Assembly: GCA_900546565.1 (NCBI GenBank)
Contig: URDC01000001.1
Span: 83,796 to 147,795, forward strand
Reading direction: 5' to 3'
DNA: 64,000 nt
From: an uncultured Opitutales bacterium
GTDB lineage: Bacteria > Verrucomicrobiota > Verrucomicrobiia > Opitutales > Intestinicryptomonadaceae
Each line of letters begins with the position of its first letter. Position 1 is the stretch's first letter. This document shows, piece after piece, positions 61,190 through 64,000 of the stretch. The notes beneath the pieces were generated by a model. The model was not told the DNA's origin. It ran no database searches and saw only the letters and a list, made by a program, of their open reading frames with translations. Made by a program: the position numbers and the translations under genes.

Positions 61190-62989
61190 TTACGTGTTCG
61201 ATTTTAGGACGTTGACGAATGCCTCTTGGGGAATCGAAACTTTGCCGATTTGTTTCATTCGCTTTTTGCCCTCTTTTTGTTTTTCGAGAAGTTTTTTCTT
61301 GCGGGTGATGTCGCCGCCGTAGCACTTTGCGGTGACGTCCTTGCGGAACGAGCCGATTGTCTCCCTCGCGATGATTTTGCCGCCGACTGCCGCCTGTATT
61401 GCAATCTTGAACATTTGTCTCGGCAGAATGTCTTTGAGTTTGGCGCACAGGGCGCGCCCCTTGCTTTCGCATTTGTCGGCGTGGACGATTGACGCGAACG
61501 CGTCGATATGCTCGCCGTTTACCAAGATGTCCAAGCGCACGAGTTTCGACTCGGCGTAGCCGTTCATTTCGTAGTCCAGACTGCCGTAGCCGCGCGTTAT
61601 GCTTTTGAGTCTGTCGTTGAAATCGATGAGGATTTCGTTTAGCGGCAGCGAGCATACGAGCATTACACGGGTGTCGTCGATTGAATCGGTGCGCTCGCAG
61701 AAGCCGCGTTTTTCGGCGACGAGCGCGAGCATATCGCCGATTGAATCCGTCGGAATCAAAATGCTTGCCGTTATCATCGGCTCGTAGATTGCCTTGATTA
61801 GCGACGGGTCGGGCAATTTGCAGGGGTTGTCGACTTCGATATGTGTGCCGTCGGTTAGGTCGAGTTTATAGACGACGCTCGGGTAGGTCGAGATTATGTC
61901 GAGGTCGTATTCCCTGCGCAGGCGTTCCTGCACGATTTCCATATGCAGCAAGCCCAAAAAGCCGCAGCGGAAGCCGAAGCCGAGCGCGACTGACGTTTCC
62001 GCCTGATATGTCAATGCGGCGTCGTTTAAGTGCAGTTTTGCTATGGAAACTTTGAGTTTTTCGTAATCCGACGTGTCGACGGGGTAGATGCCCGAGAACA
62101 CCATTGGCTTTACCTCCTTATATCCCGGAAGCATATCTTTTGCGGGGGCGGACGAGTGTGTGATGGTGTCGCCGATTGTGATGTCGGAGATTTCCTTCAC
62201 GTTGGAGACTATATAGCCCGTGCAGCCCGCGTCGAGCGTGGTTTCCACCGTCATTGTCGGGGTGAAGCGGCCGACCTCCTTGATTGTGGTCTTGCGCCCC
62301 GTGCCCATAAACTCGATTTCGTCGCCCGCGCGCAATGTGCCCGAAAAATTTCTGACATAGCAGATTACGCCCTTGTAGCTGTCGAAGACGCAATCGAATA
62401 TCAATGCGCGTGTGGCTGGATAATCGGAATGTTTGGGCTGCGGAATGCGTTTTATGACTGCCGCAAGAATTTCGTCTATGCCTATGCCGCTTTTGCCGCT
62501 TGCCAAGATTGCGTCCTCGGCGGGGATTGCGAGCAAGTCTTCGATTTGTTTTTTGCAGACGTCGGGTTGTGCGCTGGGCAAATCCACTTTATTTATGACG
62601 GGGATTATTTCCAGACCCTGAGCTACTGCAAGATGGGCGTTTGCAACCGTCTGAGCCTCTACGCCCTGCGCTGCATCTATCAGCAGCAATGCGCCCTCGC
62701 ACGCGGCCAGCGAGCGCGAAACTTCGTAGGAAAAGTCGACGTGTCCGGGGGTGTCGATGAGGTTTAGCAGGTATTTTTCGCCCTCGAACTCGTAATTCAT
62801 CGACACCGGGTGGGACTTGATTGTTATGCCGCGTTCGCGCTCCAAGTCCATTGAATCCAAGAGTTGGTCTTGCATATCGCGTTTTTGGATTGTGTGTGTG
62901 CGTTCGAGCAATCTGTCCGACAATGTTGTTTTGCCGTGGTCGACGTGGGCGATTATGCAGAAATTTCTGATGTTTTTGATTTCTTCCAT
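61190..62989 (-). CDS. lepA: elongation factor 4
   Basis: 599 aa with GTPase motifs ([21 protein letters not shown]) and the LepA-specific C-terminal domain. Confidence 0.94.
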   Translation of the reverse strand: MEEIKNIRNFCIIAHVDHGKTTLSDRLLERTHTIQKRDMQDQLLDSMDLERERGITIKSHPVSMNYEFEGEKYLLNLIDTPGHVDFSYEVSRSLAACEGALLLIDAAQGVEAQTVANAHLAVAQGLEIIPVINKVDLPSAQPDVCKKQIEDLLAIPAEDAILASGKSGIGIDEILAAVIKRIPQPKHSDYPATRALIFDCVFDSYKGVICYVRNFSGTLRAGDEIEFMGTGRKTTIKEVGRFTPTMTVETTLDAGCTGYIVSNVKEISDITIGDTITHSSAPAKDMLPGYKEVKPMVFSGIYPVDTSDYEKLKVSIAKLHLNDAALTYQAETSVALGFGFRCGFLGLLHMEIVQERLRREYDLDIISTYPSVVYKLDLTDGTHIEVDNPCKLPDPSLIKAIYEPMITASILIPTDSIGDMLALVAEKRGFCERTDSIDDTRVMLVCSLPLNEILIDFNDRLKSITRGYGSLDYEMNGYAESKLVRLDILVNGEHIDAFASIVHADKCESKGRALCAKLKDILPRQMFKIAIQAAVGGKIIARETIGSFRKDVTAKCYGGDITRKKKLLEKQKEGKKRMKQIGKVSIPQEAFVNVLKSNT

Positions 62990-63059
62990 TAACTAACTCT
63001 CATTATATATACGTTCAATCCCTCTCATTATTCAGAGGTGTTGACTCCACGCAAGCCTT

Positions 63060-63277
63060 TTCTTTGCTAAAACGGGCGAGGGCGTGCGCCTTCGTTGCGA
63101 ATAATTTTATTTTTTACGGAAACATTCCACATTCGTGGAATGTTTTTTGTATTTAGATTCGCAACGGAGGCGCACTCACGGCTAAAAGACGGTTTTATTT
63201 CGGACTTGCGACCAATCGGTCGCCGACGCCTCATAAAACGCGAATCCTGCCTCGAGCCTCGCCCGTTTTAGCCAGCA
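63060..63277 (+). repeat. MITE-like palindromic element (copy E) with terminal inverted repeats, upstream of lepA
   Basis: AAAACGGGCGAGGGCGTGCGCCTtcg-ttgcgaat. Inner hairpin GGAAACATTCCACattcGTGGAATGTTTT + TTGTATTT. Then attcgcaa-CGGAGGCGCACTCACG ... right end CGAGCCTCGCCCGTTTTA. Confidence 0.8.
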
Positions 63278-63539
63278 CCCACGGTTATTCTAATCCGAAG
63301 AAATAATGCAAACGAAAGAGAGTAAAAAAAAGATTTTCCGAATGGGAAGATTTTATAGTTTCGAAAGAGACGCGGATTACTTCGTAATATCTGCTTTATC
63401 TCTCATTAAAGAAAAGCGGAACGAAGTTAAGCTTTTCCATTATTTTTCGGATTAGGGTAAACGTGTGAGCCGAAAAAACGCGCGAGGCGCGTGCCATAAA
63501 ATCGCGGCTTTGCGAGCCGTAGCGTACTAAACGTACGTG

Positions 63540-63680
63540 AGGCGAAGCGAAACCGATTTTTGGCCGTGAGAGCGCCTCTTAATCGAATCTAAAAAATCAA
63601 AAAGCGTTCTTCGAATGAAGAACGCTCTGGTATAAATTAAATAAATTCGATTAAGAGGCGCACGCCATCGCGCGTTTTTT
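63540..63680 (-). repeat. MITE-like element core (copy F, reverse orientation) between lepA and sod
   Basis: Read on the minus strand: GGCGTGCGCCTCttaa-tcgaat, then hairpin AGAGCGTTCTTCattcGAAGAACGCT + TTTTGATTTTTT, then attcga-ttaaGAGGCGCTCTCACGG. This is near-identical in architecture to copy C. Confidence 0.8.
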
Positions 63681-63803
63681 TAATTGCGTGAAAATTTTGT
63701 CGATACACAGCATATGAAAAGGTTCGTATGTTTCTTGGTAGCGTTTGCCGTTTGCGGTATGCCGCTATTTTCGCAAAACAAAAATTTTAACAAAGGAAAT
63801 ATT

Positions 63804-64000
63804 ATGAAATTCGAGCTAAAACCCCTCCCGTATGCGCACACTGCGCTTGAACCGTGGATTGACGCAACGACCGTCGCGCTTCACCACGATAAGCATCAGG
63901 CCACGTATGTCAACAATCTCAACAATGCTCTTGCGAAAGTGCCCGACTTCGAATTCGACGGAGGGCTTATCGGGCTTATCCGCAATCTTTCGAAAGTTCC
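63804..64000 (+). CDS. sod: Fe/Mn superoxide dismutase, 3'-truncated at window edge
   Basis: [40 protein letters not shown] matches the Fe/Mn-SOD N-terminus. A strong SD (AAAGGAAAT) precedes the ATG at 63804. An in-frame upstream ATG at 63714 would add a signal-peptide-like extension. Confidence 0.85.
   Translation, partial: MKFELKPLPYAHTALEPWIDATTVALHHDKHQATYVNNLNNALAKVPDFEFDGGLIGLIRNLSKV

Overview
64-kb stretch of a high-GC (roughly 55-58%) bacterial chromosome. The first ~26 kb is one contiguous, co-directional ribosomal super-cluster: rpoB (5'-truncated by the window edge)-rpoC-rpsL-rpsG-fusA-rpsJ-[750-bp repeat spacer]-rplC-rplD-rplW-rplB-rpsS-[inserted small ORF]-rplV-rpsC-rplP-rpmC-rpsQ-rplN-rplX-rplE-rpsN-rpsH-rplF-rplR-rpsE-rplO-secY-map-rpsM-rpsK-rpsD-rpoA-rplQ. 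tuf is absent between fusA and rpsJ, and rpmD/adk/infA/rpmJ are absent from spc/alpha. That pattern is compatible with, but does not prove, a PVC-type lineage. Downstream are housekeeping genes: guaA, yggU-like, pheA, scpB, ilvD, yicC, a lipoprotein, an M42 peptidase, hemD, an RND efflux pair, holA-like, pdxA, lpxA, a large MotA/TolQ/ExbB-like membrane protein, sucCD, birA, a GH28-like beta-helix secreted protein, an acidic hypothetical protein, lnt, secA, lepB, lepA and the start of an Fe/Mn SOD. I found no rRNA, tRNA, CRISPR array, transposase or integrase. The unusual content is non-coding or small. (1) A signal-peptide-bearing ~111-aa ORF is wedged between rpsS and rplV inside the S10 operon. 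(2) A 750-bp spacer with a degenerate ~46-48-bp tandem-repeat array splits rpsJ from rplC. (3) A multi-copy family of MITE-like palindromic elements has ends AAAACGGGCGAGG..., often sits exactly at stop codons and carries internal UUCG/GNRA-loop terminator hairpins whose arm sequences differ between copies while staying self-complementary (compensatory pairing). (4) A second mosaic repeat family and tandemly duplicated ~185-bp terminator-bearing units occur in other intergenic regions. (5) An orphan MotA/ExbB-like protein with a long N-terminal domain overlaps lpxA.
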